Below are positions 9,202 to 18,186 of a DNA stretch of 64,000 bases, piece after piece; the stretch's first letter is position 1, and the number at the start of each line of letters is the position of its first letter. Under the pieces are notes generated by a model that searched no databases, was not told the DNA's origin, and worked only from the letters and a program-made list of their open reading frames with translations. Position numbers and translations under genes: made by a program. This DNA comes from Gemmatimonadota bacterium (GTDB lineage Bacteria > Gemmatimonadota > Gemmatimonadetes > Palauibacterales > Palauibacteraceae), in contig JBDHAC010000004.1 of the NCBI GenBank assembly GCA_039588275.1, positions 33,010 to 97,009 of the forward strand, given 5' to 3'.

Positions 9202-10692
9202 CTAGTTCGCCCGCACGGTGCGGCCTTCAGCCCACGCCCGCAGGCCCTGCACCTTTTCGGACATCGTCCTGGAGAGCGGACGGGTCGCGGCGACTTCGGC
9301 CAACAACGCGTCAGTAGAGAGCGTCGCCTTGTCCGAGAACGCGGTGTAAAGCCCCGCGACGACCACCTGCTCGATCTCGGAGCCGCTGAAGCCGTCAGTC
9401 GCACTCGCGAGGTTGGAGAGCCCGAAGCCCGAGCTCTTCTGGCCGCGCTTACGGAGGTGGATCTCGAAGATCTTCTCGCGAGTCTCTTCATCCGGCAGGT
9501 CGACGAAGAAGATCTCGTCGAAGCGGCCCTTGCGCAGGAATTCGGCAGGGAGCCGCTGGACGTCGTTGGCGGTCGCGACCACGAACACGTCGCCACGGCG
9601 GTCCTGCAGCCAGGAGAGGAAGGTTCCCAGGATGCGCATGGTCACTCCGCCATCCTGATCGCCCGCACCCGCAAACGCCTTCTCCAACTCGTCGATCCAC
9701 AGGATTACGGGAGCCATGCGCTCGGCGGCGGCTACCGCGCGCTTGAAGTTCCGCTCGCTCTCTCCGATGTACTTGTTGTACAGGTTCGATGGGTCGAGCT
9801 TGAGCAGCGGCAAGCCCCACTCCATGGCCACCGCCTTCGCGCACAGGCTCTTGCCGCAACCGGGTACGCCCAGCAGTAGGACGCCACGCGGGAACTCGAG
9901 CCCGAACTCGGAGGCACGCTCCGGGGTCTCGACAATCGCCTGACGCTTCCGGAGCCAGTCCTTGAGCGTGGCCAGGTCCGCCACCTCGGCCAGGCTCTCC
10001 TCTACCGGGTAATACTCCAGCAGCCCTTCTCGCTCGATCAGTTGCTTCTTGGCCTCGACGACCTTGCGGATATCGTCCGGCGACAGTTGTCCGTCCTCGA
10101 TGATCGCCTTGGTGAGTACCTTCTCGGCCTCCAGGAGGGTGAGGCCGCGGAGGTTCTGGAGCAGCCTCTGAGTCTCGTCCGGCGTCTGATCCACGGCGAT
10201 GTGACCACGGCGATTCAGATCTCGCACGATGTGCTGCAACAGTGCCCTGTATTCCTCGATGTCCGGTGGCGGCAGTTGCAGGACGGTGGCGACCTGCTGC
10301 ACGGACTCCGGCAGATCGAGCCCGGCTCCGGTCAGGATGATTGCCCCGGCGACCTCGCGGTACGGTTCGGCCGCGTCGCGAAGCTTCCGCGCCAACACCG
10401 AGTCGGCCAGATACGGCTCGAAGCCCTTGAACAGATAGATGGCCGGGAAGCGCGCGCTCTCGACGTGATCCAGCGCCTGACTGGGATCGCCCGTACCGTA
10501 GATGCTTGACTCCTTGTCGGTCCGGCGCAGCCCCTTGCTGGGGGTCCACGCGAACAACGGCAGATCCAGTTGGTCGGCGAGATGCTTGAGAAGACTCTCG
10601 GCTCGGTCCTCCTCGGCGGTGTCGAGAACGACGATCGAGTGGCGAGAGCGGAGAAGGAGATCGAGGTCCTGGAGAGGGTCAGTTCGGCTCAT
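9202..10692 (-). CDS. AAA+ ATPase, Ycf46-like
   Basis: Degenerate N-terminal domain plus Walker A GVPGCGKS, Walker B LWIDELEK, and ATAN...LRKGRFDEIFFVDLP. Confidence 0.9.
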   Translation of the reverse strand: MSRTDPLQDLDLLLRSRHSIVVLDTAEEDRAESLLKHLADQLDLPLFAWTPSKGLRRTDKESSIYGTGDPSQALDHVESARFPAIYLFKGFEPYLADSVLARKLRDAAEPYREVAGAIILTGAGLDLPESVQQVATVLQLPPPDIEEYRALLQHIVRDLNRRGHIAVDQTPDETQRLLQNLRGLTLLEAEKVLTKAIIEDGQLSPDDIRKVVEAKKQLIEREGLLEYYPVEESLAEVADLATLKDWLRKRQAIVETPERASEFGLEFPRGVLLLGVPGCGKSLCAKAVAMEWGLPLLKLDPSNLYNKYIGESERNFKRAVAAAERMAPVILWIDELEKAFAGAGDQDGGVTMRILGTFLSWLQDRRGDVFVVATANDVQRLPAEFLRKGRFDEIFFVDLPDEETREKIFEIHLRKRGQKSSGFGLSNLASATDGFSGSEIEQVVVAGLYTAFSDKATLSTDALLAEVAATRPLSRTMSEKVQGLRAWAEGRTVRAN

Positions 10693-11756
10693 GCCGAGCC
10701 GGCCTCCGGGTTCGCCAGATAACGCTCGGCTCTCCGTCGAGCGGCATGCACGGGAGATTCGTCTCCCGCGGCCGCTTCCTCGAAGATCGCTGCGAGCGTG
10801 GCGCCGATACCTTCCACCTCGGAGCGGATCTGTTCCTCATCGGTCACCCCGAGCTGCATGCGACCGAACGCGATCGCACCACCCGCGTTGATGATGTAGT
10901 CGGGTGCGTACAGGATGTCGCGCTCGTGCAGACGTTCAGCATCCTCGGGCGCCTGAAGCTGGTTGTTCGCGGAGCCCGCCACGATGTGACAGCGCAGACG
11001 TGGAACCGTCTCCGCGTCGAGCGTGGCACCGACGGCGCATGGCGAGTAGATGTCGACCTCGGCGTCGGCCATATCGGCCGGCGCCACGACCGTACCGACC
11101 AGTCGTTCGGCGCTCGCTCGGGCCGTCTCCTCGTCGATGTCACACATGACGAGCCGCGCCCCCGCGTCCGCCAGCATGTGGGCCAACGGCAGGCCGACAT
11201 CCCCGACGCCCTGGATGAGAACCGAGCGTCCCTCGAGCGAGCTGTCTCCGAATCGGCTCTGGAGGGCGGCGCGCATGCCGGCGAGCACGCCGAGGGCGGT
11301 GTAGGGTCCGGGATCCGTGCTGTGCCCGTGGAGGATCCCCATGACATAGGGAGCGCCGCCGGAGACGACCTTCATGTCCTCCGGGGTGGTGCCCAGATCC
11401 ACGCCGGTGCGGAACGCCCCCCGCAACGAGCTCAACAGCCGGCCGTACCGCTCCAGCAGGCGCTGCCTGCGGTCACCCGTGAGCGTCTCCCGTGTCGCGA
11501 GCACCGCCTTGCCGCCCCCAAACGGGATTCCGACACCCGCCCACTTGTACGTCATGCCTTCGGCCAGGCGCATGGCGTCGAGGAGGCCTTCACCCAGGGT
11601 CGGGTACGTCTTCATCCGGGTGCCACCGACGGCGGGACCCATGCGGGTGTCGTGAAGAGCGATGAAGATCCACGTGTCGGTCGCGGGGTCGCGAGCCACG
11701 ACCACGGACTCGCCCGGCCAGCCCTCGATTCGTGTCGTCAGATCATCCGGTGTCAA
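10689..11756 (-). CDS. Glu/Leu/Phe/Val dehydrogenase (leucine dehydrogenase-like)
   Basis: GPAVGGTR, MTYK, GGGKAV, NAD-binding QGVGDVG, GSANNQL, APDYIINAGG. TTG start. Confidence 0.9.
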   Translation of the reverse strand: MTPDDLTTRIEGWPGESVVVARDPATDTWIFIALHDTRMGPAVGGTRMKTYPTLGEGLLDAMRLAEGMTYKWAGVGIPFGGGKAVLATRETLTGDRRQRLLERYGRLLSSLRGAFRTGVDLGTTPEDMKVVSGGAPYVMGILHGHSTDPGPYTALGVLAGMRAALQSRFGDSSLEGRSVLIQGVGDVGLPLAHMLADAGARLVMCDIDEETARASAERLVGTVVAPADMADAEVDIYSPCAVGATLDAETVPRLRCHIVAGSANNQLQAPEDAERLHERDILYAPDYIINAGGAIAFGRMQLGVTDEEQIRSEVEGIGATLAAIFEEAAAGDESPVHAARRRAERYLANPEAGSA

Positions 11757-11907
11757 GTTAGCCCCCCCGCGACGTCGCGCGGCGGATACGCACGGCGACG
11801 GGTCACGGACCGGACCGCACCCCGCGACCTGGAAGTGGTGGAACGAAGTGAATATGGGCGCCCGCTGGCCCGGGCGCCCGGTGCTATCTACGGATCGTAG
11901 GTGTCAC

Positions 11908-11979
11908 CTACAGATAGTAGATGAGCAGGTAAGCAGCCAGAACGACGATCAGGATCGTGTAGATTAGCTTCCGATTCAT
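11908..11979 (-). CDS. Putative 23-aa single-pass membrane peptide MNRKLIYTILIVVLAAYLLIYYL
   Basis: Manual translation. GAGGGGGG RBS just upstream of the ATG; basic N-terminus followed by a hydrophobic helix. Below the ORF-track cutoff. Confidence 0.6.
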   Translation of the reverse strand: MNRKLIYTILIVVLAAYLLIYYL

Positions 11980-12022
11980 CTGCCCCCCTCGGCTGAGAGT
12001 ATCTCTCCCGGCCCCACCCGGG

Positions 12023-12802
12023 TCATGAACAGGGATTCGCGGGCAGACGCACCGGCCGCAAGGTGTAATTGCGATCCAGCAGCCTCGCCCCCGTCGTCTG
12101 GAAGTACTCGCTCCAGAAAGCCTTCACCCGCTGCGCGATCTGGGTGTCCACTCGAGCCCCCACCACCATGACGCACAGGTCCGTCAAGTCCGGGAGCCTG
12201 CCCTGGGCATCGGCGTCCGCTACCCAGCCTGCGGGAGGCATCTGACGAAGCCCTTCCATGTCGATCGCACGGTTAGACTGGAGCATGTCCGAAAAAAGAT
12301 ACAAGATCGTCTCATGATCTCGATAGGCCCGCAACTCCTCGCCCACGTCGTGCAGGGTTGAGAGGATGTCGGTGCCATTGATGTTCTGCCGGCCCGTCGT
12401 ATCGGAGAACTGCGACAAGAGGATCTTCGCATCTCTCAGGAAACGGGCGCGCGAGATGGAATCCTGCATGAGCTCTCGACCGGTGAACTCCACCTCCGGG
12501 ACCTGTTGCGACCAGCGCCGGGGCGGCTCGGCGAGCGAGAGCTGCAAGAGCTGCATGGCCGCCACACGATCTCCGTAGTCCAGCTCGTCCAGCCTTTGGT
12601 TCGTGAGCTCCGCGGCCAGTGTGAGGGTATGGTCCGGGATGCTGGTCGAGCGATCGAAGACGAAAATCACCTGTAGCTGCGGCCGTACGCTCGCGGGGGG
12701 CTGCGAGTCTCCACCGGGCGCGGACCCGCCGGAGCAGGCCCACGTGCCGAGTATGAGAAGAAGCGCGGTATGTAGGGCTGAACGTTGTCCGTGCCTCACC
12801 AC
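12023..12802 (-). CDS. vWA-like domain lipoprotein
   Basis: Signal LLLILGTWAC. MIDAS-like VIFVFDRSTS, GTDIL and LYLFSDM. Overlaps the upstream gene stop. Confidence 0.75.
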   Translation of the reverse strand: MVRHGQRSALHTALLLILGTWACSGGSAPGGDSQPPASVRPQLQVIFVFDRSTSIPDHTLTLAAELTNQRLDELDYGDRVAAMQLLQLSLAEPPRRWSQQVPEVEFTGRELMQDSISRARFLRDAKILLSQFSDTTGRQNINGTDILSTLHDVGEELRAYRDHETILYLFSDMLQSNRAIDMEGLRQMPPAGWVADADAQGRLPDLTDLCVMVVGARVDTQIAQRVKAFWSEYFQTTGARLLDRNYTLRPVRLPANPCS

Positions 12803-14484
12803 GCGATCGCTTCCTGGTTGAACCTCTGGCGCGCCTCCTCGAACCGCTGCGCCAGACCGTGTCGCTCGCCGTCGTATTGCTCGGGCGAGCGGAGCGGCTC
12901 GATCGCCCCCGCGTCCTCCACTTCGATCTCGATGCCGAGAGCGACGGGCTCCTGGAACGCCGCAATGGTGCGCGGGTCCAGGCCACGCGCACGTCCGTTC
13001 TCCGCGCGGTAGAGGGCGATCACGGATTCAAGCTCTCGAACCATCGCGCGCGGCTCCTCCAGAGCCGATGCGACGGCTACGGTCTTCAACGAGCGGATCC
13101 TCTTCGCCAGATCGGCGAGGAAGGTCGTGACGTCGCTGGCCGTCCCCTCCGCCGCTTCGATGAACTCCAGGCGTTCTCGCTCGAACGGACTTTCGTTGAA
13201 GTGCTCCCTGCGTCTGTCCCGCCGGTGGAAGTATGCCGCCGACAGCGCGCATATCACCAATGTCGTGTTGAGGAGCAGGATGGGGAAGCTCAGGCGGCTC
13301 ATCGAGCCGGCATACTCCCGCAACAACACCGCAGCGCCCTGCATGTCGTCCGCCCGGTTCAACCGCGCGTTGGCTTCGAGCAAGTTCCCGTCGGCTCTGA
13401 GGAAGCCGGCTTGTCGGCGGAGCTCCTCGACGACGATTGTGTCCTGCTGGTACTGCTCTTCGCCGACCTGACCGAGTCGGATGCGCGCCTCGTAAAGAAC
13501 GCCGAGGACGAGAATCAGGCCCAGGGCCGTAAGGGCCATGGGGATCACGTTCTCCATCTTGGACTTCACGGCGACCGTATGGTGGCGCTCCTCCTGGTCG
13601 TGTTGCATCACGAGGTCGCGCAAGGAATGCCCGAAGAAGTGGGCGAGCACGCACAGGAACGTCACGACCCCCGCCGCCAGGAGGGCGGCGTCGGGCCTCA
13701 GGAGGATCTGCGCGAAGACGCGCTCGGCCCCCGCGAACCATCCCTCCGACGTCTCAGCCACCAGTCGGATCTGCCGCTCGGTGAGCACGTCTCGCGGGAG
13801 AAGCGCCTGGAACACAGGGGCGTTGGCGAAGAACTCCACGAGCCCCAAGAAGGTGATCGCGAGGAGATAAATGCGAGTCTGGATCCCACGATCCTGTGCG
13901 TCCTTGCCGAGCTCGTCCGTGACTTCGCGGTGACGAAGAGCCCGCCGCGCCTTGAGCCGCAGCAGTTCGTTGGTGAGCCGCTCGAAGCGGTCGACGGCCA
14001 GCGAGGCTCGCCCGAGCTTGTCGGTGATCTGCTCTTCGTGCTCAGCGACCTCGTTGTGCAGCCATCTGCGGTATTGAAAGCTCCAGCGATCGAAGAACGC
14101 CCGGCACCGGTCTCGAAGGTCCTGCTCGGAGCCCGTGGGGCCAGGGCTCGACTCCTGCGGAACGCCGGCCGCCGCATCCTCTCGAGCGACCCGGATGGCC
14201 TCATCGCGGAGGCGACTGACGCCGACCTCCTGAAGATCCGTCACCGGGCTTTGCAGCGCTCCCGGCGTGGTCACGTGCGAGGCTTCTGGCCCGACGACGG
14301 CGACCGGCCGCCGGTCGTCGGGCCGCACCGGCAGGCTATCGCGCGCGACGTCCTGGGGAGCGGCGCGGCGTGCTTCCATGCGCTCGAGCCAACTCGGCGA
14401 TCGGTTCTCGCCATCGCCGGCGGCAGGGGGAGTGGGATCGTCGTTCAGCGTCGGGTCCGGTTGGGCGTTCGTGTCATCTGCCAA
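12796..14484 (-). CDS. Hypothetical membrane protein, about 4 TM helices flanked by coiled-coil regions
   Basis: Hydrophobic segments IYLLAITFLGLVEFF, ALLAAGVVTFLCVLA, VIPMALTALGLILVLGVLY and FPILLLNTTLVICALSAAYF. Charged helical flanks. GGAGAGG RBS. Confidence 0.8.
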   Translation of the reverse strand: MADDTNAQPDPTLNDDPTPPAAGDGENRSPSWLERMEARRAAPQDVARDSLPVRPDDRRPVAVVGPEASHVTTPGALQSPVTDLQEVGVSRLRDEAIRVAREDAAAGVPQESSPGPTGSEQDLRDRCRAFFDRWSFQYRRWLHNEVAEHEEQITDKLGRASLAVDRFERLTNELLRLKARRALRHREVTDELGKDAQDRGIQTRIYLLAITFLGLVEFFANAPVFQALLPRDVLTERQIRLVAETSEGWFAGAERVFAQILLRPDAALLAAGVVTFLCVLAHFFGHSLRDLVMQHDQEERHHTVAVKSKMENVIPMALTALGLILVLGVLYEARIRLGQVGEEQYQQDTIVVEELRRQAGFLRADGNLLEANARLNRADDMQGAAVLLREYAGSMSRLSFPILLLNTTLVICALSAAYFHRRDRRREHFNESPFERERLEFIEAAEGTASDVTTFLADLAKRIRSLKTVAVASALEEPRAMVRELESVIALYRAENGRARGLDPRTIAAFQEPVALGIEIEVEDAGAIEPLRSPEQYDGERHGLAQRFEEARQRFNQEAIAW

Positions 14485-14497
14485 TGGATCCTCTCCC

Positions 14498-15847
14498 TCA
14501 GATCATCCCTTCGCCGACCGGCATGTCGAGGAAGTAGGACCGACACGCGAGCCCCAGCATACGCCCGGACAGCGCCGGCTCCTCTCCCAGGTAGCGAGAG
14601 ATATCCAGCAGGTGGTTGACGATGTCACGGGGGTGACAGGCTCGCGCCGGCAGCCCACGCTTCTCGTAGAACTCCTTGTAGACGAGATCGACGCCTCTCT
14701 CGGAATATTCCAGTCCAGCGGTGTCGCAGCAGCGTTGGAAGATCTCCTCGTAATCCTCGCGCGAGGGATTCCCGACCAGGACTTTGTACTGAATCCTACG
14801 GAGGAATGCTTCCTCGACCAACTCGCTGGGGTTCAGGTTCGTCGCGAAGATCAGCAGGCACTCGAACGGCACCGGGAGCTTGTGCCCCATCGGGAGGCTC
14901 AGGAAATCCATATGCCGGTCGAGGGGGACCATCCAGCGGTTCAGCAGGTCGCGAGGCCGCACGCGCTGCCGACCGAAATCGTCGATGATGAAGACGCCGC
15001 AGTTGGCCTTGATCTGAGGGGGCGCGCGGTAGACGCCCGACTGAGGATCGAATTGGAGCTCCAGCTCATCCAGCGTGAGCTCACCACCCACCATGACGAC
15101 TGGTCGTCGAACCAGCGCGTATCGCTGGTCGAAGTCGGGGGCCTCTCGCAGGAAGGTCGGACCCTCCTCCTGGAAATCGACCTCACCCTGACTGCGGTGA
15201 GCGACGGGATCGAAGACGCTGATGATCTGGCCGTCGATCTCGATAGCGAACGGGATGAAGATCGTGGTGCCCAGCATCTCGGCGACGGCTTCCGCGATCG
15301 ACGTCTTTCCGTTCCCGGCGTGTCCGTAGAGGAACAGCGACTTTCCCGAGTTGATCGCGGGACCGAGCGTCTCGATGAACTCCTCGTCGAACACGAGGTG
15401 GCTGAAGCCCTCGACGATCCTCTCGCGGCCGACCTGTAGGCCACGCGTGCTCTGTGAGCGGACCGATTCCCAGTACTCGGAAAGCGGGATCGGCGCCGGA
15501 CCTACGTAGCGGCTCGTCTGCATGATCTCGCGGCAACGCGCACGTCCTTCACCCGTGATGTCGAACGTGTACCCGACGCGTCCGTGGCCCTCGCTCCCGC
15601 GCACCTCTACGAGCCGTCGATGCTGGAGGTCGAGAAGCTCATCGTCGAGGATGGCGAACGGGAGTCGCAGGAACCCCTCGAGCTGTCTCCCGGTTCGCGC
15701 GCCCTGGAGATAGAGCGTCTTCAGGAGCAAGTCGGATACGAACGCGTCGGAGAGACCCGTGTCCTCGAGGGTCTCCGGCACCGGGGGCGCTTTTGATGCG
15801 GCCGCCTCGGGGGCGACCGCGGCTTCGGCGGCAACGTAGGGAGTCAT
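14498..15847 (-). CDS. AAA+ ATPase with N-terminal winged-helix-like region, Tad-locus associated
   Basis: Walker A GHAGNGKT, Walker B FIIDDFG, FATNL and AFLRRI. N-terminal LLLKTLY...LVEVRG...FDITGEGR pattern. Confidence 0.85.
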   Translation of the reverse strand: MTPYVAAEAAVAPEAAASKAPPVPETLEDTGLSDAFVSDLLLKTLYLQGARTGRQLEGFLRLPFAILDDELLDLQHRRLVEVRGSEGHGRVGYTFDITGEGRARCREIMQTSRYVGPAPIPLSEYWESVRSQSTRGLQVGRERIVEGFSHLVFDEEFIETLGPAINSGKSLFLYGHAGNGKTSIAEAVAEMLGTTIFIPFAIEIDGQIISVFDPVAHRSQGEVDFQEEGPTFLREAPDFDQRYALVRRPVVMVGGELTLDELELQFDPQSGVYRAPPQIKANCGVFIIDDFGRQRVRPRDLLNRWMVPLDRHMDFLSLPMGHKLPVPFECLLIFATNLNPSELVEEAFLRRIQYKVLVGNPSREDYEEIFQRCCDTAGLEYSERGVDLVYKEFYEKRGLPARACHPRDIVNHLLDISRYLGEEPALSGRMLGLACRSYFLDMPVGEGMI

Positions 15848-15869
15848 GGTATTCTTCGTCCTCCACCCA

Positions 15870-16241
15870 TCACGCGGCCGCGCGGCCGCTTTCAGTCCAC
15901 TCGAGCTGGTCGCCGATCTCGGTTCCCGTCGACGCGAGCGTGCCCGTTGGCAACTCGAGCGCGTACTCGGCGCTCCAGTGCATCTTCGTGCGCTTCCTGG
16001 GCTGCAGGTCCGAATACACCGCCACGACCCGCTTCGCTTTGTCCACCAGCGCCACGTCGATGGCGAACTTCATCCAGTACATGTGCACGCCCTGGCTCGG
16101 CACGATGAGGAGCCCCTCCCCAAGCTGCGGCTCGGGCTGCCCGATCAGGCCCCTGAGACGAGGCCACCAGCGGTCGGCGACCTGTATCCGGTCGCCGAGT
16201 GCCACGCCACGGCTGACGTTGGCGATCCGGATCGTACTCAA
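15870..16241 (-). CDS. DUF192 family protein
   Basis: RLRGLIG...GLLIVP...VHMYWMKFAIDV...ALELPTG. Confidence 0.85.
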   Translation of the reverse strand: MSTIRIANVSRGVALGDRIQVADRWWPRLRGLIGQPEPQLGEGLLIVPSQGVHMYWMKFAIDVALVDKAKRVVAVYSDLQPRKRTKMHWSAEYALELPTGTLASTGTEIGDQLEWTESGRAAA

Positions 16242-16243
16242 CG

Positions 16244-17173
16244 CTAGAAGCCTCCGAAGAAGTCCCGGAAGATGAACACCGACGGCCCGACGAGGACGAC
16301 GAAGATTGCCGGGAAGATGAAGAAGATGAGCGGGAACAACATCTTCACGGTTGTCTTTGCCGCGGCCTCCTCGGCGCGCTGCATGCGCTTGGACCGCAGA
16401 GTCTCTGCATGAACGCGTAGGGCGTCGGCGATCGAAGTCCCGAATCGGTCCGTCTGCATGAGCATCGACGTCAGAGAACGGATGTCGTCGACGCCGGTAC
16501 GTTCGCCGAGTCGCCGAAGGGCTTCGTCGCGAGGCGTCCCCGCCCGGATCTCCAGGTTCACCACGGTGAGCTCATCGCTCATCTCGGGGCTGAGACGGTC
16601 CACCTCCTCGGACACGCGAACGAGCGCCTGGTTGAGACCCAAACCCGCCTCGACGCACACTACGAGCAGATCGAGCGTGTCCGGGAGGGCTCGGCGAAGC
16701 TCGAGCTGACGCTTCTTGACACGACCGTCCACGTACAGGTACGGGAACATCCACCCGAAGAGCCCCAGTAGAACGGCGATCAGGAAGAGAGCGGGTGGCC
16801 GCACGCCGAGGAACGCGAGCCCCAGGAAGCCTCCGATGCCCAACCCCGCGCCCCCCAGGATGCGGGTGGCCAGATAGATGGCGACCGCGTTCGGGTGCCG
16901 AATGCCGGCGTGGACCATCCACAGTCGCGTGGCGGAATCGCTGACCTGCCGAGCGCCGACCCGTTCTCCGAGCGCCTGGAGGATCCCGGAGAACCGCTCT
17001 CGCTTCGCTTGGCGGCGACGTCGCTCACGCAACTCGCGGTACGTCATCGCGCCCGTCTGGAGCGACGCCAGCCGTCGACGCACGAGCCGTGTCTCGGCCG
17101 GCGCGATGTTGGCGAGGCCGAGTACGAGCAGCCCCACCGCGAGCGCTGTCAGGGCCACGACGAGAAAGATCAT
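16244..17173 (-). CDS. tadC: Tad pilus inner-membrane platform protein TadC
   Basis: LPDTLDLLVVCVEAGLGL, QTDRFGTSIADALRV, AEEAAAKTTVKMLFPLIFFIFP. Confidence 0.93.
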   Translation of the reverse strand: MIFLVVALTALAVGLLVLGLANIAPAETRLVRRRLASLQTGAMTYRELRERRRRQAKRERFSGILQALGERVGARQVSDSATRLWMVHAGIRHPNAVAIYLATRILGGAGLGIGGFLGLAFLGVRPPALFLIAVLLGLFGWMFPYLYVDGRVKKRQLELRRALPDTLDLLVVCVEAGLGLNQALVRVSEEVDRLSPEMSDELTVVNLEIRAGTPRDEALRRLGERTGVDDIRSLTSMLMQTDRFGTSIADALRVHAETLRSKRMQRAEEAAAKTTVKMLFPLIFFIFPAIFVVLVGPSVFIFRDFFGGF

Positions 17174-17197
17174 CTTCCTTCCCTCAGATCAGAGCGG

Positions 17198-18184
17198 TCA
17201 GAAGTCGATGTCCATGATCCGCCGAATGGCGACGAACCCGATGAGCTGAAGGCCTGCAGCCATGGCTAGCATCAGCCGTCCGAGCGGCTCGGTAAACAGG
17301 ACGCGCATGTACTCGGGATTCAGCATGAACATCCCAACGCCCGCGACGATCGGGGCCAGTCCGAGCACGATTCCGGTCATGCGACCGTGAGCCGTGTGCG
17401 TTCGCAGCTGTCGTCGGAAGCGGAATCGGTCACGGATGATCTTCGACAGGTTGTCGAGGATCTCCGCGAGGTTACCCCCGGATTCCAGCTGGATCAGTAC
17501 GGCGGTCACGAAGATCCGGACATCGAGCAGGGTCAAGCGATCCGCGAGCGCGAGTAGGGACTCCGAAAGGGGCAACCCGAACTTCTGCTCCTCGTATACC
17601 TGCCGGAACTCGCCCGAGATGGGCTCGGTCGCCTCCTCGGAGACCACACGAAGCCCGGTGGAGAAGGCGTGCCCGGCCCGGATGGCCCGACCCAAGAGGT
17701 CGATGGCCTCGGGGAAATTCTCCTCGAAGCGGAGGAACCGCTTCTTCCGTTTACGCGACACGCTCAGGTAGGGAAACAACGCACCGACCGTCGCGCCGGC
17801 GACCGGCACGATCCAACCACCCACCGAAACGAGCATCGCGATCCCGACCGCGGCCGCGAAGCCCACCGTGAGGAGAACGAACGTGCCGACGCTCCACCCC
17901 ACGTCGGCCTGCGCGAGGAAGTGCCGCATGTCCTGACGGCGCGGGAACTTGAGTAACACAGGCTCGAGCCAGTGAGGGTCGTCGGGCGATCGCTGCCGCA
18001 GGAGACTGTCGAGGCCCTCCTCATGGTCGGGGTCCGAGAGCTTCCGAAGCTCGCGGCTGATCGATCGTTGACGCCCGACCTGTCTAAGCCCCTCCCATAG
18101 CAGCGCGAGCGACGCGATGGCGAGCGCCACGATGCCGAAGGCAACCAGGGCCGCCAGAACCGGAGAGCCGCGTAACGCTTCCAC
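17198..18184 (-). CDS. tadB: Tad pilus inner-membrane platform protein TadB
   Basis: FPEAIDLLGRAIRAGHAF, ESGGNLAEIL, TAHGRMTG. GTG start chosen just after the cpaF stop. Confidence 0.92.
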   Translation of the reverse strand: MEALRGSPVLAALVAFGIVALAIASLALLWEGLRQVGRQRSISRELRKLSDPDHEEGLDSLLRQRSPDDPHWLEPVLLKFPRRQDMRHFLAQADVGWSVGTFVLLTVGFAAAVGIAMLVSVGGWIVPVAGATVGALFPYLSVSRKRKKRFLRFEENFPEAIDLLGRAIRAGHAFSTGLRVVSEEATEPISGEFRQVYEEQKFGLPLSESLLALADRLTLLDVRIFVTAVLIQLESGGNLAEILDNLSKIIRDRFRFRRQLRTHTAHGRMTGIVLGLAPIVAGVGMFMLNPEYMRVLFTEPLGRLMLAMAAGLQLIGFVAIRRIMDIDF

Positions 18185-18186
18185 CG

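Noticed and set aside
12859..14619. Long antisense or alternate-frame ORFs (for example 12859..14619, 21013..22845, 52665..54674, and the 60511..62145 extension)
   Set aside because: Shadow ORFs typical of high-GC DNA, Arg/Pro/Ala-rich, overlapping well-supported genes.
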